From NCBI GenBank assembly GCA_019057375.1, contig DXJF01000097.1, positions 1-64,000 of the forward strand: 64,000 nucleotides of DNA. Direction: 5' to 3'. The notes beneath the pieces were generated by a model that had not been told where the DNA came from, ran no database searches, and was given only the letters and a program-made list of their open reading frames with translations. Every line of letters begins with the position of its first letter. Positions within the stretch are counted from its first letter, which is position 1. Positions 19,958-30,920 of this stretch are shown here, one piece after another. Position numbers and translations under genes: made by a program. The DNA comes from Candidatus Heimdallarchaeota archaeon. GTDB lineage: Archaea > Asgardarchaeota > Heimdallarchaeia > Heimdallarchaeales > Heimdallarchaeaceae.

Positions 19958-20022
19958 TGGTGGTCGTACTGGAATTTGAACCCAGAATCCTTTGCTCCCA
20001 AAGTAAAAATCTTACCAAGCTA
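19958..20022 (-). pseudogene. 5'-truncated tRNA-Pro(TGG) relic
   Basis: Reverse strand TAGCTTGGTAAGAT-TTTTAC-TTTGGGA-GCAAA-GGAT-TCTGGGTTCAAATTCCAG-TACGACC-ACCA; no complementary 5' acceptor strand; anticodon-stem mismatch. Confidence 0.75.
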
Positions 20023-20141
20023 TCCACCCTTCATACATTCCTTCTAATTTCTATCTACAAAAAACTAAGTTAAAGAAATTCTGAAAGATGAAAACTATAA
20101 GGTAAGATTCAAGTGAAAATTATATGATTAACAATTAATGG

Positions 20142-20912
20142 TTGATTCTGATGGAAATTCTAACAATAAGACCCAATTCACTTCACTTATTTGATTATGA
20201 CAAAGAAGATATTTTTCTGGTGATTGATACGTTTAGAGCTACATCAACCCTAGCAGTTTTGGTCGAATCTGGTGTAGAAAATATTTTTATTGTTAAAAAT
20301 CAAGAGGAAGCAAGAATCTTACAAAAGCAATTATGTCCAGATTGTTTATTGATAGGTGAAGAGAAAGGTCTGAAAATTAAAGGATTTGACCATGGAAATA
20401 GTCCTTCTATTTTATATGAGAAAAACTTAGAAAATAAAAGTGTAGTTTTTACTTCTAGTAATGGCGCAAAAACACTAATATTGCTTAAGAACAAAAAGAA
20501 TGTGTTTCTCGGTGCTTTGGTAAATCTCTCAAGTATTTCTGACAAAGTAAGCAAATTAGCAGCAAAGAAAAAAAAGAATGTAGTAATAATTCCTGCTGGT
20601 AATCATGGAGATCCCAAAGAATATGTTTTGGAAGACTGGATTACTAGTGTTCTGATCGCTAGAAGGGTATCTGAACTAACTGAATTTCCAATTGTTATTC
20701 AAGATGATTTCTGGGATAAAACTATAGATGTGCTAGATGAAGAGAGTACTCTTGAAAAATTACTCATAAATTCACCTAATGGTAAGTATTTAGCAGAATT
20801 AGGGTTTGAAGACGATGTGATTTTTTCTATTTCAGTTGACAAAATCAATAATTTTTTGAAAGTGAAAGAATGGCTGAAAATAAATGATTACGATTGTGTA
20901 ATGCTAGAATAA
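20142..20912 (+). CDS. comB: 2-phosphosulfolactate phosphatase family
   Basis: VIDTFRATST, IGEEKG.KIKGFDHGNSP, FTSSNG, ED. Confidence 0.88.
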   Translation: MILMEILTIRPNSLHLFDYDKEDIFLVIDTFRATSTLAVLVESGVENIFIVKNQEEARILQKQLCPDCLLIGEEKGLKIKGFDHGNSPSILYEKNLENKSVVFTSSNGAKTLILLKNKKNVFLGALVNLSSISDKVSKLAAKKKKNVVIIPAGNHGDPKEYVLEDWITSVLIARRVSELTEFPIVIQDDFWDKTIDVLDEESTLEKLLINSPNGKYLAELGFEDDVIFSISVDKINNFLKVKEWLKINDYDCVMLE

Positions 20913-20934
20913 AAGAAAGAAAAGGAAAAAAGAA

Positions 20935-22377
20935 CTATATGTTTACAGTATTGAAATCTGTTTTCTTATCCCTTTTAGTCGGATGGAATTTATCAATAAA
21001 TTCAGAAGGAATGCGCTTTAGTACTCTGTGAGGATCATCAAAAGTTCCTAATAATTCCCAACCAATATCTAACGATTCGAAAATTGATCTGTCCTCATAG
21101 TAATCTTGATTGATGAATTTTTGTTCAAAAAGCTCTGCGAATTCAAGAGTCTTCTTATCTATATCTGAAAGAGATTCATCCCCAACTACTGCAACTAGAT
21201 CTCTCAAGTCTTTACCTGTAGCATAAAGTGCGTATAACTGATCTTGAACATATTTGTGATCACTTCTTGTTGAGCCCTGTCCAATTGTATCTTTCATTAG
21301 TCTAGAAAGTGAAGGCAGTGGATTAATTGGTGGATATAATCCCTTTCTGTTTAATCCTATATCTACATACACTTGTCCTTCAGTAATATATCCTGTTAAA
21401 TCTGGTACGGGATGAGTGATATCATAGTTTGGTAATGTTAGAATTGGAATTTGGGTGATTGAACCTTTCTTACCATGTATTCTTCCCGCTCTCTCATATA
21501 TTGTTGAGAAATCTGAGTACATATAACCTGGATAACCTCTTCTGCTAGGAACTTCGCTTCGAGCAGCAGCAACTTCACGAAGAGACTCTGCATATGCTGT
21601 TATGTCAGTGAGAATAACGAGTACATGATAATCATGATCATATGCAAGATGTTCAGCTGCTGTTAAAGCAAGACGAGGTGTTAAGAGTCGTTCAATTGCA
21701 GGATCATCTGCCAAATTAAGGAAAAGAACAACTTTATCTAAAGCACCAGTTTGTTCAAAATCATCTCTGAAGAATCTAGCTTCATCTGCTGTGATTCCCA
21801 TTGCGGAAAAGATAACTGCAAAATCCTCTTCTGTGCCAAGAACCTTTGCTTGTCTAGCAATTTGAGCCGCCAACATATTATGTGGAAGACCACTCCCACT
21901 GAATAATGGTAGTTTTTGTCCTCTTACTAGTGTCAATAAAGTATCAATTGTACTAATGCCTGTTTCTATAAACTCTTTAGGATACTGTCTAGCAGAAGGA
22001 TTTATTGGTGATCCAGTTATATCTAGAATTTTGTCTGGTACTATATCTCCACCACCATCTATAGCTTCACCCCTACCATTGAATACTCTACCAAGCATCT
22101 CAGAGCTAACACCTATTTTCATGGTTTCTCCAAGAAATCTACATGTGGTGTCTTTTGTTTCAAGACCGGAAGTACCTTCAAAACATTGAATAATTGCGAG
22201 ATTCTTTGACACATCTAGAACTTGACCTCTTCTTCTTTCTCCAGTTGTGGTGATAATCTCAGCAATTTCACCATAAGATACACCACCCATTCCTTGTAGA
22301 TCTACAAACATCAAAGGTCCTGAAACTTCAATGACTGTTTTAAATTCTCTAGTTTCATATTTTTCTTGAACTGTCAT
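20935..22377 (-). CDS. atpB: A/V-type ATP synthase subunit B
   Basis: [37 protein letters not shown]. Confidence 0.97.
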   Translation of the reverse strand: MTVQEKYETREFKTVIEVSGPLMFVDLQGMGGVSYGEIAEIITTTGERRRGQVLDVSKNLAIIQCFEGTSGLETKDTTCRFLGETMKIGVSSEMLGRVFNGRGEAIDGGGDIVPDKILDITGSPINPSARQYPKEFIETGISTIDTLLTLVRGQKLPLFSGSGLPHNMLAAQIARQAKVLGTEEDFAVIFSAMGITADEARFFRDDFEQTGALDKVVLFLNLADDPAIERLLTPRLALTAAEHLAYDHDYHVLVILTDITAYAESLREVAAARSEVPSRRGYPGYMYSDFSTIYERAGRIHGKKGSITQIPILTLPNYDITHPVPDLTGYITEGQVYVDIGLNRKGLYPPINPLPSLSRLMKDTIGQGSTRSDHKYVQDQLYALYATGKDLRDLVAVVGDESLSDIDKKTLEFAELFEQKFINQDYYEDRSIFESLDIGWELLGTFDDPHRVLKRIPSEFIDKFHPTKRDKKTDFNTVNI

Positions 22378-22379
22378 TT

Positions 22380-24167
22380 TTAATCCTCCACACCAAAGGC
22401 TTGAATAGTCAAACCATCTATTTCCTTCATCAACTCGTTTAAGCTTGTTTCAATTTCACTTCTTTCAATGTATTTCATTCTTGCAATTCTAACAACTAAT
22501 TCGTGCTCAAAAATGTCTGACACAATCGCCCCTCGTCTGTAGAGGTCTTGAGCTTTTTCGTAAAATCGTAGAATTGTTTTCAACATAAGATATTGTTTCT
22601 CCAAGCTGCAGAAACTATCTGTTTCATGAAATGCATTTTGCTGTAAGAAGTCTTCCTTAAGCATTCTTGCTGTTTCAAGAATAATCTTTTCACTTGGAGG
22701 TAAAGCATCAGGTCCAACCAGAGCAACAATATCTTGCAACTCCTTATCCTTTTGGAGAAGTGCTAAAGCCTCCGCACGTAATTCGGGAAATTCGGGACTA
22801 ACATTATCCGAATAATACTCTTCTAAAGCTGACCAATAAAGAGTATAACTTAGTAAGTAATCAATAGCAGGAAAATGTCTGCGGCTAGCTAAATCTTTCG
22901 AAAGTGCCCAGAATACTTTAACAATTCTTAGTGTGTTCTGTGTAACTGGTTCGCTAAAATCTCCACCAGGAGGACTAATTGCGCCAACTACAGAAATACT
23001 TGCTTCTCTTGGTTTAGAACCAATTGTTAAAACACGACCTGCTCTTTCATAATATTCAGCGATTCTTGAAGCAAGATATGCTGGAAATGATTCTTCACCG
23101 GGCATTTCTTCTAAACGTCCTGAGATTTCTCTCATAGCTTCTGCCCATCTTGATGTGCTGTCAGCCATCATTGCCACATCGTAACCCATGTCACGGAAGA
23201 ACTCTGCCAGTGTGATACCTGTATAGACACTCGCTTCTCGAGCAGCTACAGGCATATTGGATGTATTAGCGATCAGTACTGTACGATCCATCAAAGGCCC
23301 TCCTGTATATGGATCCACAAGTTTTGGAAACTCTCTGAGGACATCAGTCATCTCATTTCCTCGCTCACCACAACCAACATAAACCACAATTTTAGCATCA
23401 GACCATTTTGCTAATTGGTGTTGACTGACAGTTTTACCTGTTCCAAACCCACCAGGAATCGCTCCTGTTCCACCCTTAGCTATAGGAGCTATTGTATCGA
23501 AGATTCTCTGTCCTGTTATTAAGGGAACATTAGAAGGTAATCTCTGATGATATGGTCTTGGTTTTCTTACTGGCCATCTGTGATAGAATTGTAAATCAAC
23601 TTTATCGCCTGCTGGCGTAATGACTGTTGCTGATAAATCATCTACAGTATAATCTCCTCTTTGTGCAATGAATTCTAATTTTCCCTGAATATTCGGAGGA
23701 ACCATCAACTTGAAATCTACAGTTGGAGTTTCTGGAATCTCACCCAGAATATCTCCTCCAACGACCTTATCTCCTACTTTTAGATTAGGTGCAAAATCCC
23801 ATAATTTCTTGTGATCTAAACCAGGTATTTCAATTCCTCTGGCAATAAAGTCACCAGCGACTTCTCGAATTACTGGTAATGGTCTTTGAATTCCATCAAA
23901 AATTTGTCTCATTAAACCTGGTCCAAGTTCAACAGAAAGAGGAGCATTTGTTAAATAAACTGGTTCTCCAGGAGTTAATCCCTCAGTATTTTCATAAACT
24001 TGAATCGTTGCTAAATCGCCAGTAAGTCTAATAATTTCTCCTACTAGCTTTTCCTCACCTACTCTTGCTACATCGTATAGCTTAGAGCCTAGCATATTAG
24101 AAGCTTGAACGACTGGTCCAGAGATTCTATCTATTAAACCGATTTGTTCAGTATTAGCCGTAGTCAT
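22380..24167 (-). CDS. atpA: A/V-type ATP synthase subunit A
   Basis: [31 protein letters not shown]; no intein. Confidence 0.97.
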   Translation of the reverse strand: MTTANTEQIGLIDRISGPVVQASNMLGSKLYDVARVGEEKLVGEIIRLTGDLATIQVYENTEGLTPGEPVYLTNAPLSVELGPGLMRQIFDGIQRPLPVIREVAGDFIARGIEIPGLDHKKLWDFAPNLKVGDKVVGGDILGEIPETPTVDFKLMVPPNIQGKLEFIAQRGDYTVDDLSATVITPAGDKVDLQFYHRWPVRKPRPYHQRLPSNVPLITGQRIFDTIAPIAKGGTGAIPGGFGTGKTVSQHQLAKWSDAKIVVYVGCGERGNEMTDVLREFPKLVDPYTGGPLMDRTVLIANTSNMPVAAREASVYTGITLAEFFRDMGYDVAMMADSTSRWAEAMREISGRLEEMPGEESFPAYLASRIAEYYERAGRVLTIGSKPREASISVVGAISPPGGDFSEPVTQNTLRIVKVFWALSKDLASRRHFPAIDYLLSYTLYWSALEEYYSDNVSPEFPELRAEALALLQKDKELQDIVALVGPDALPPSEKIILETARMLKEDFLQQNAFHETDSFCSLEKQYLMLKTILRFYEKAQDLYRRGAIVSDIFEHELVVRIARMKYIERSEIETSLNELMKEIDGLTIQAFGVED

Positions 24168-24298
24168 TATTTATACTCTCTCTTCACTACCCAACTTAAT
24201 GATTTCTTTTTTAAGTTTTGTTAAATCTCTCTCTTTTTGCTGAATAAGTCCCCTTACTTAAAAAAAAGCGATAAAACTATAGTATACTCTTTCTAAAT

Positions 24299-25666
24299 TT
24301 ATTGTTGATATTTTTGTATTGCTTTAGCAACCAACTTTAAGCTATCTTGCAATAAAATTTCCACTTTTTCCTTGCTCTTGGCTTCCACAAAGATTCTGAA
24401 AATTGGTTCTGTTCCAGAAGGTCTTATCAGAATCCAACTGTCAGAAAATATGAGTTTGACACCATCAATTAAGATAACTTCATCAGCTTGAACATTAGTT
24501 TTGATATCTTCCATTACTAGTTCTTTCAGATTATTCGAACATTTGATTTTTTCTTTAGCTTGATAGTATTGAGGTAATTCAGATATTAAATCACTCAGTG
24601 TACTTTGGGATTCAGCTAAAATATTTCCCATCAAAGCTGCTGCCATCATTCCATCCCTAACACTTTGATGGGGTGCATAAAACAACCCTCCATTTTCCTC
24701 TCCTCCTAGAATACAATTATTTGCAATCATTTTTCGGCTTACATAGATACATCCAACAGGTGTCCAAGTAACTGATCCACCAAGATCTTCTGCGATATCA
24801 ACAACAGCTGAAGAAGAACTGACAGGGGTAACAAATTGTTTGTTATCAGAATTTTGTAATATCCATCTTTCAAAAAGAGCAATTGATTTATCCCCAAAGT
24901 AGATTTTTCCCCTTTCATCCCCAAATATTGCGCGATCTGCATCTCCATCATGTCCTACAGAAAAATCAGCTTTAACTTGATTGGCAGCATACCCCATCAC
25001 TCTAAGTTTCCTTGGATCTGGTTCCACACCTCTTCCTGGGAATTTGCCATCGAGCTGACAATTAACTGAAACAACCCTTATTCCAAGATTCCTTAATACG
25101 TAAGGTGTAACTAAGCTTCCTACAGCGTTTCCTCCATCAACAACAGCAGTAAGTTTCTTTTTTTGTATTAGATCAACATCTACAAACCCAATAATTTGGT
25201 TTATGTATTCAGGTATTAAATTCATTTTTGTTATGTTTTTGTTCGTCTCAGTTTTTCCATCTTGATAGGTTTCAGCTTCATAGGTTTCTTCTATTCCCTT
25301 CTGTTTTACTATGTCAATCTCTATTCCGTCTGAATCTATTACCTTGAGACCATTAAATTCTGGAGGATTGTGGCTAGCCGTTACCACTATACCCATTTTT
25401 GCGTGTAAATAGGGGACCGCAAACTGCACTAATGGAGTTGGTACTATTCCCAAATCTATAACTTCTATTCCTTGTGCTAAGAAACTGGAAATAACAATTT
25501 CTTTGAGAGAATGACTAGTTAACCTCGAATCGGAACCAATCACCATTGTACCCTTATTTAGCATATACGAAGCAATGGCTGAACTTATTCTGGAAACAAA
25601 ATCAGGAGTAATTAATTCACCCACTACACCTCTAATCCCGTTTGTGCCAAAATATTTTCTTTTCAT
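24299..25666 (-). CDS. Phosphoglucosamine/phosphomannomutase family phosphohexomutase
   Basis: FGTNGIRG, TASHNP, DGDADR, GGEENGG, RPSGTEP. Confidence 0.93.
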   Translation of the reverse strand: MKRKYFGTNGIRGVVGELITPDFVSRISSAIASYMLNKGTMVIGSDSRLTSHSLKEIVISSFLAQGIEVIDLGIVPTPLVQFAVPYLHAKMGIVVTASHNPPEFNGLKVIDSDGIEIDIVKQKGIEETYEAETYQDGKTETNKNITKMNLIPEYINQIIGFVDVDLIQKKKLTAVVDGGNAVGSLVTPYVLRNLGIRVVSVNCQLDGKFPGRGVEPDPRKLRVMGYAANQVKADFSVGHDGDADRAIFGDERGKIYFGDKSIALFERWILQNSDNKQFVTPVSSSSAVVDIAEDLGGSVTWTPVGCIYVSRKMIANNCILGGEENGGLFYAPHQSVRDGMMAAALMGNILAESQSTLSDLISELPQYYQAKEKIKCSNNLKELVMEDIKTNVQADEVILIDGVKLIFSDSWILIRPSGTEPIFRIFVEAKSKEKVEILLQDSLKLVAKAIQKYQQ

Positions 25667-25792
25667 TAGTCATCTATTAGTGTGTTGGAATAAATCTTTT
25701 TCGTCATATCGTCATATTATTTAAGATATCAAGGTGCAACAGAATCTTTTAAAAGAGTAATTTATGGTATTCATTTAACTGGACAATTTATC

Positions 25793-26113
25793 GTGGTAGG
25801 TACAATGAGCGTTGAATTTCTAAAAAAAATAAGAAAAACAGAAAGAGATTGTGAAGGAAAAATCAAACAAACTGAAGCATCCAAACAAAATGCTATTTTA
25901 GAAGCAGAGAAAACTTCTGTATTAAAGGTTCGAGATGCGGAAATTCAAGCTAAAGAAGAAGCTGAAAAAATTCTTTCTGGTGCTGAAGATAGAGTTGAAA
26001 AAGAATTTGCCTCAATGAATAAAAAATTTGAAGAAAATCAAAACAAATTCAATGAAAAGGCAAAACAAGTCGAGAAAAAAGCCATTGATGTAGTTCTCTC
26101 TGAAGTTTTATAA
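25793..26113 (+). CDS. A/V-type ATP synthase subunit H (G-like peripheral stalk)
   Basis: Charged coiled coil (IRKTE...AEIQAKEEAEKIL) directly upstream of subunit F. Confidence 0.7.
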   Translation: MVGTMSVEFLKKIRKTERDCEGKIKQTEASKQNAILEAEKTSVLKVRDAEIQAKEEAEKILSGAEDRVEKEFASMNKKFEENQNKFNEKAKQVEKKAIDVVLSEVL

Positions 26114-26124
26114 TTCTATAGAAA

Positions 26125-26463
26125 GTGATTTACATGAGTTCTCCAATAAGAAACAAAATAGTAAGCATTGGTGATGAAGAAACATCATTGGGTTTCAAAT
26201 TATCTGGAATATCCCAAGTATTTACAGAAGAACCCGAAAAAGCAGGATCACTTTTGAGAACGTTATCTGATGATCCTGAAATTGCTATTCTTATTATCAC
26301 CGAAGAAGTAGCAAAAGCAAATGAAGCTATTTTAAGGAGAATAAAACTCAATCCCTATCCAGTTATTGTTGAAGTCCCAGGTAAGAAAGCACAGTATGAA
26401 GGTGCTGAAGATAAGGTGCGAGCCTTAATCAAAATGGCTTTAGGTATCGATATTGAGATGTAA
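26125..26463 (+). CDS. atpF: A/V-type ATP synthase subunit F
   Basis: IGDEETSLGFKLSGI, IAILIITE, PVIVEVP, IKMALGIDI. Confidence 0.92.
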   Translation: MIYMSSPIRNKIVSIGDEETSLGFKLSGISQVFTEEPEKAGSLLRTLSDDPEIAILIITEEVAKANEAILRRIKLNPYPVIVEVPGKKAQYEGAEDKVRALIKMALGIDIEM

Positions 26464-26500
26464 TGGGAAAAGTCTTTAAGATTGTTATCTCTTCTTTCGG

Positions 26501-26782
26501 TTGGAGAATATTACAATGAATGATAAAATAATTGGTTTAGTGATGATTTTTGGTTCTCTGTCAATTGTTGGGTTTCTTTTATTTTGGACAATCTTAATGC
26601 CTATAATCTGGGAAGACCGACTTTTTGATGCTTATCTTGGATTAGCTATTACTGTTTTCATTATTATTTCAATTGCATTATTGTTCATTGCTTGGGTAGG
26701 AAGGATTTTTCTAAAAAATAGGGCACCCAAAGATGAAGTGTTTGATGAACAAATAGAAGAATATAAAAAAACAAATGATTAA
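26501..26782 (+). CDS. Two-TM small membrane protein, DPM2-like
   Basis: DKIIGLVMIFGSL...FWTILMPII...AYLGLAI...FIAWVG resembles DPM2 layout. Confidence 0.45.
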   Translation: MENITMNDKIIGLVMIFGSLSIVGFLLFWTILMPIIWEDRLFDAYLGLAITVFIIISIALLFIAWVGRIFLKNRAPKDEVFDEQIEEYKKTND

Positions 26783-27169
26783 ATGAACGTGATTAAAATG
26801 AGTGGAAGAAGACCTATGTCTCCTCGAGATGCAAAAAGAATGCAAGCAAGGATGAGACAAATTGAACTAGAAGGAGTTGAAGAGGTCATTATACGTTTCG
26901 CTGATAAGGAAACAGTGATTTACAGTCCAACAGTTATGAAAGCCTTTATTCCTGGTATGGTGGAATCAGATACATTCCAAATAGTTGGACCTGGAACAGA
27001 TAGACCTAGAGGTACTGAAGAAGGTGTAGCAGCGGGAGTTAATTTCACTGATTCAGATGTTGAATTAGTAATGGCTCAAGCAGGTGTTTCAGAAGAAAAA
27101 GCACGAAAAGCACTTGAAGAAGAAAATGGAGACTTAGCAGGAGCTATAGTCCGATTAAAAACCAAATAG
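26783..27169 (+). CDS. nac: Nascent polypeptide-associated complex aNAC (start possibly 26798)
   Basis: VEEVIIR, DVELVMAQAGVSEEKARKALEEENGDLAGAI UBA domain. Confidence 0.93.
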   Translation: MNVIKMSGRRPMSPRDAKRMQARMRQIELEGVEEVIIRFADKETVIYSPTVMKAFIPGMVESDTFQIVGPGTDRPRGTEEGVAAGVNFTDSDVELVMAQAGVSEEKARKALEEENGDLAGAIVRLKTK

Positions 27170-27176
27170 TAAGCTA

Positions 27177-27659
27177 CTACTTTTTTCCTATTCCTTTTCT
27201 GGTAGCTACCGCAACTCCAGATTTCATTTCTTTAATTAGTTTTCCAGGGATTTTTGCCGTACCAATACCTAAGAATTCTCCTTTTTGATTTGTAATAATA
27301 ACTTCATCTTTAGCAGCAATATCCTCATCAACATCTACAACATGTTTAGAGAAAACAGTTTTACCATCTCTTACAAAGGGTTCTGCATCTTCATTTACAA
27401 TAACTTTAAGACCAAATTTATTTTTGTGAAGTATTTCTCCTCCTAGAATAGAAGGAACCAAAAATCCATCACGAACACGAAAAGAACAAATTCTCTCATC
27501 ATTCCTGTAGATGTATCTTATTCTATTAGTACCTCTTGATCTTTCCACCAGTATTTCTTCAGTAAATAACTTCTCTCCTGCACCTTTTCCAAATTGATAA
27601 TCTGCAATACTCTGAATTTGTCTCAAATCAAAGGATGTAGGTTTTTCTAATTTCTGCAT
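27177..27659 (-). CDS. PUA-domain protein (archaeosine TGT C-terminal-like)
   Basis: IADYQFG.GAG, FVRDGKTVFSKHV, DEVII, GVAVATRKG. Confidence 0.85.
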   Translation of the reverse strand: MQKLEKPTSFDLRQIQSIADYQFGKGAGEKLFTEEILVERSRGTNRIRYIYRNDERICSFRVRDGFLVPSILGGEILHKNKFGLKVIVNEDAEPFVRDGKTVFSKHVVDVDEDIAAKDEVIITNQKGEFLGIGTAKIPGKLIKEMKSGVAVATRKGIGKK

Positions 27660-27719
27660 ACGTAGGAAAACTAACCTTGCACATAATAAGAATTATCATA
27701 ATTAAGAAAATCTGCTCTT

Positions 27720-28085
27720 TTAATCTTTACTTATCTCTTGAGCTTCATTAAATGAAATAGCAACTTGATCCCAATCCTTTAACATTTCTTCAAGAAACTT
27801 TTCTCCTTTTTCAGACAATTGAAAATATCTTCTAGTTCGACCATCAAAGATTTCATTTCTAACTGAGACCAAGCTTCTCTCCTTTAATCTAGTTAGAATA
27901 TTGTAAATAGTTCCATCCGCTAAAGGAGGATCAGTTTGAGGTAATAATGAGCGGATAAGTTGTAAAATATCCCAACCATATCTCTCTTTCTGTAAAAGAA
28001 CAAGGATGAGCAACTCAAGAATACCTCTTGAAAGCTGTGCTCTCCATTTTTTTAACATTTCTTGAAATTGCTCTTCAGCAGACAT
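27720..28085 (-). CDS. PadR-family transcriptional regulator
   Basis: RGILELLILVLL..ERYGWDI...GTIYNILTRL...RRYFQLSEKG. Confidence 0.92.
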   Translation of the reverse strand: MSAEEQFQEMLKKWRAQLSRGILELLILVLLQKERYGWDILQLIRSLLPQTDPPLADGTIYNILTRLKERSLVSVRNEIFDGRTRRYFQLSEKGEKFLEEMLKDWDQVAISFNEAQEISKD

Positions 28086-29921
28086 TTAAGTATGCTCCGT
28101 TGGTTCTGCTTCTTTCTTCTGAAAAAGATTTTTTTGCTTCTTTATATCCTCCGATATTGGCCACTCCAAGAACAATGAAAAGGCTGTTAGGATAATTACA
28201 AGTAAATCAGTCCAATAAGGGAACCAAGCTACTGTTGCTCTCCATTGAACATCTATTGATAAACCTGTCAGTGGGAGATTATTAGGCGTACCTTCTGGCA
28301 AAGTATCCAGAGGTACAGGTCTTTCACACGTTAAGAGTAGATAAATTGGTTCTTCTGCATTGAACTTGATTGTTCTTCCCATGAATCTAGCAAGACCATA
28401 ATTAGATGCGCACAAAAACTCCTCTTCAGAGAGAGTTCCGTTCCAATGTTCGTAAGTTTTAGTTGCAGAAAATGCATACAAATCCCAAGTACAACTTCCG
28501 TTAAGACCATAAACTTGAATGTAAACATTTCCTGCTTTTGGTATATAGAAAGTAATTTCTGAAGTAGCTAAATTATCTTCATTAAAATGTACTGATTCCC
28601 TAAAACGGATGGTGGGATGAGGACGGGAACTCAAAGTTGCAACAATAACAAGGAAGAGTAATAGAATGGCATACCACTTCTTTAGTAAACCTTTAACTCT
28701 GAATTGGGGAAGCAATTTTCTTCCGCTTCTTCTAATACTTATGTATCCGATAACAATCCAAGCAAGTAAAACGATAGAAATCATGAAATAACTAATAAGT
28801 ATCGGACCTTCTATATCAAATAGAGTTTTTCTAAAAGGTATTCCAAATATTATTTGTGTAATGTGATACCTTGGATAGAGACTCTTGTTTATCATTACAG
28901 TTGATAATTCTATAAAATTGCTTAGTTGAAGTATAAGTGATCCTAATCCTAAGAACCATATTTTTCCTGAAATTCTACCACTCAGAATTAAATATAATCC
29001 AATTACTATTATTACCATTCCAAAACCAAGTGAAGGAAGAACGAAACCTGTTAGTATTGTGAAAATTAGAACAAACGAATTTATATCTACTTTAGTAGTT
29101 TCATCAGAAAATCTTGAAGAAATACCTCTTCTGTTCTTATTTCTTAAAGTATAGTAAACAGCTGTTATAATTAGGAAGATACCAACTAAAGACCATCGGA
29201 TGATGAACTCAATGATAATACCTCCAAGTCCATTTTCCCATGCATAGCTGAACCATTGTTTTTTTATTAGAAATGAAAGCAAAAATAATACCAACCAATT
29301 TAGAACTAGAAGCCAATATTCGATCAATATAACTGGAATGATTTTTCTTCTTGGATCATGTATTGGTAATCTGTTCTTTGAGGTTTTAAGTAACAAAGTA
29401 AGATATACATTTAGCCCTATGAATAAACCGAATAGCCCATAACCACTAGAGAAAATAGCAGTCACAGGAATATACCCATCTCGATGAAACAAGTCAAAAG
29501 CATATTCAAGATAATTGTAAGTATTGTGAGATAATATTTCCCAAATGGGAGAGATAAAATATGAGGATACTATAAAAGATGGAACAATTAAAAGAGCAAA
29601 TAGTCCAAGGAACATTGCTATTTTCTGTATCTGAACACCTTGTTTTGAAGTATGCTCTCTATATTCCTCTCTAATAAATCTTGGTTCTCCAAAGTTTCTT
29701 TCTAGTTCATCACTTGAACTAATCTTATTATCCAGCAAGTACTGATCTACACTAGCTGATATTTCAGATATTATCTTATTTACTTCTTCATTAGAAAACC
29801 CTTCAGAAACCAATTCTTTTGTAAGTTTTGTTAGATATTTTATTTTAATCTCAGAGTTATTTTCTTGTTTATTTTGTTCTTTCTTTCTTATTTTCATTTT
29901 TATCCCTCTGATAAACATCAA
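28086..29921 (-). CDS. Multi-pass membrane protein with N-terminal HAAS/DUF1700-like domain
   Basis: YLTKL...EI...L...FGEPRFI N-terminus; many TM helices; adjacent to PadR. Confidence 0.6.
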   Translation of the reverse strand: MMFIRGIKMKIRKKEQNKQENNSEIKIKYLTKLTKELVSEGFSNEEVNKIISEISASVDQYLLDNKISSSDELERNFGEPRFIREEYREHTSKQGVQIQKIAMFLGLFALLIVPSFIVSSYFISPIWEILSHNTYNYLEYAFDLFHRDGYIPVTAIFSSGYGLFGLFIGLNVYLTLLLKTSKNRLPIHDPRRKIIPVILIEYWLLVLNWLVLFLLSFLIKKQWFSYAWENGLGGIIIEFIIRWSLVGIFLIITAVYYTLRNKNRRGISSRFSDETTKVDINSFVLIFTILTGFVLPSLGFGMVIIVIGLYLILSGRISGKIWFLGLGSLILQLSNFIELSTVMINKSLYPRYHITQIIFGIPFRKTLFDIEGPILISYFMISIVLLAWIVIGYISIRRSGRKLLPQFRVKGLLKKWYAILLLFLVIVATLSSRPHPTIRFRESVHFNEDNLATSEITFYIPKAGNVYIQVYGLNGSCTWDLYAFSATKTYEHWNGTLSEEEFLCASNYGLARFMGRTIKFNAEEPIYLLLTCERPVPLDTLPEGTPNNLPLTGLSIDVQWRATVAWFPYWTDLLVIILTAFSLFLEWPISEDIKKQKNLFQKKEAEPTEHT

Positions 29922-30022
29922 TGATGCTCTAAATATACATTTTAGTAAAAGGTATATATAACTTTTTCTGCAAAATCAAAGATATGACACAAAAAAACAA
30001 GCATTGATAGTTGAAAATTAAG

Positions 30023-30883
30023 TCAGTTGTTGACAAAAATATCAAAACAAACATGAATCAGACGAGGAGAGAATTTCTTTACTTTTCTTGTTTTTTTAAT
30101 CTGAATATTCAAGTTAACGTTTTTAGCCAAGCTTTCAAGTTTCTTTCTTGTATATTCTAAATTTCCTCGTTCAACTAAATCATGATAATGAATCCAACCC
30201 TTTTCTTCTATAGCTTCCTGAGCTTTGTAAAATTGAGTCTCTTCAATTCCAAAGTAACCCATTAAAACTCTTGTTGCAACTCCTTTTGGTGTTTTGTTCA
30301 TATTATCTCCAAGTATTGGAAAATATCTGTTTTTTACTCGATTTTCTTCTATATTTCTCGTCAGAAAATTGAATGCTTCTTTATTTATTTCTATTCCATA
30401 ACACTGGATACTTGGTTTATTAACTAAAACAGGAAGAGATAGGTTGCCTATACAAGCAAACATGTCAACTATTACTTCATTATCTTCAATTGTATCAATA
30501 AGAAATCCTCTTTCCCCCTTATTCCCTGGTGAAAATGTAATCCTAGAAACATCAATGTTGAATATTGTATCATACTCTTTGTGTTTAGTAATTGTTCTTT
30601 TTTCGCCAGCAAGATGAATGATTTGAGGTTTACGATAGGCTGAATCAGTGGAAAATTGTTCTACAACAACATTTACTTGAGGATCAAGATAAATAACAGT
30701 CTCTCCTATGTCTTGTTTATATTCAGTTAATTCAGGATTTATATGTCTGAAAATTGCTATATCACCTATAATTGAGTATCCTGAAGGTAATTTATCCAAT
30801 AGCTCACTATCAAGTTTATCTTCCAACAGGGTTTGCAATTGTTTCTTTAGTTTCATTAAATCTAATGAATCTTCCAACACCAA
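30023..30883 (-). CDS. Trm5/TYW2(Taw2)-family SAM-dependent tRNA methyltransferase
   Basis: IIGDIA, FSPGNKGER, VDMFACIG, RVLMGY, GWIHYH. Confidence 0.88.
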   Translation of the reverse strand: MVLEDSLDLMKLKKQLQTLLEDKLDSELLDKLPSGYSIIGDIAIFRHINPELTEYKQDIGETVIYLDPQVNVVVEQFSTDSAYRKPQIIHLAGEKRTITKHKEYDTIFNIDVSRITFSPGNKGERGFLIDTIEDNEVIVDMFACIGNLSLPVLVNKPSIQCYGIEINKEAFNFLTRNIEENRVKNRYFPILGDNMNKTPKGVATRVLMGYFGIEETQFYKAQEAIEEKGWIHYHDLVERGNLEYTRKKLESLAKNVNLNIQIKKTRKVKKFSPRLIHVCFDIFVNN

Positions 30884-30920
30884 TTTTTAATATTATCTCC
30901 CTTTCACTATTACTAGGAAA

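Noticed and set aside
22380-24167. Intein in ATPase subunit A
   Set aside because: 595 aa is normal length and the sequence is continuous through GCGERGNEM.
24171-24257. 28-codon open stretch upstream of atpA resembling an ATPase subunit tail
   Set aside because: No start codon, bounded by a stop that lies in a TATA-like TTTAAGTA; more likely promoter/5' UTR.
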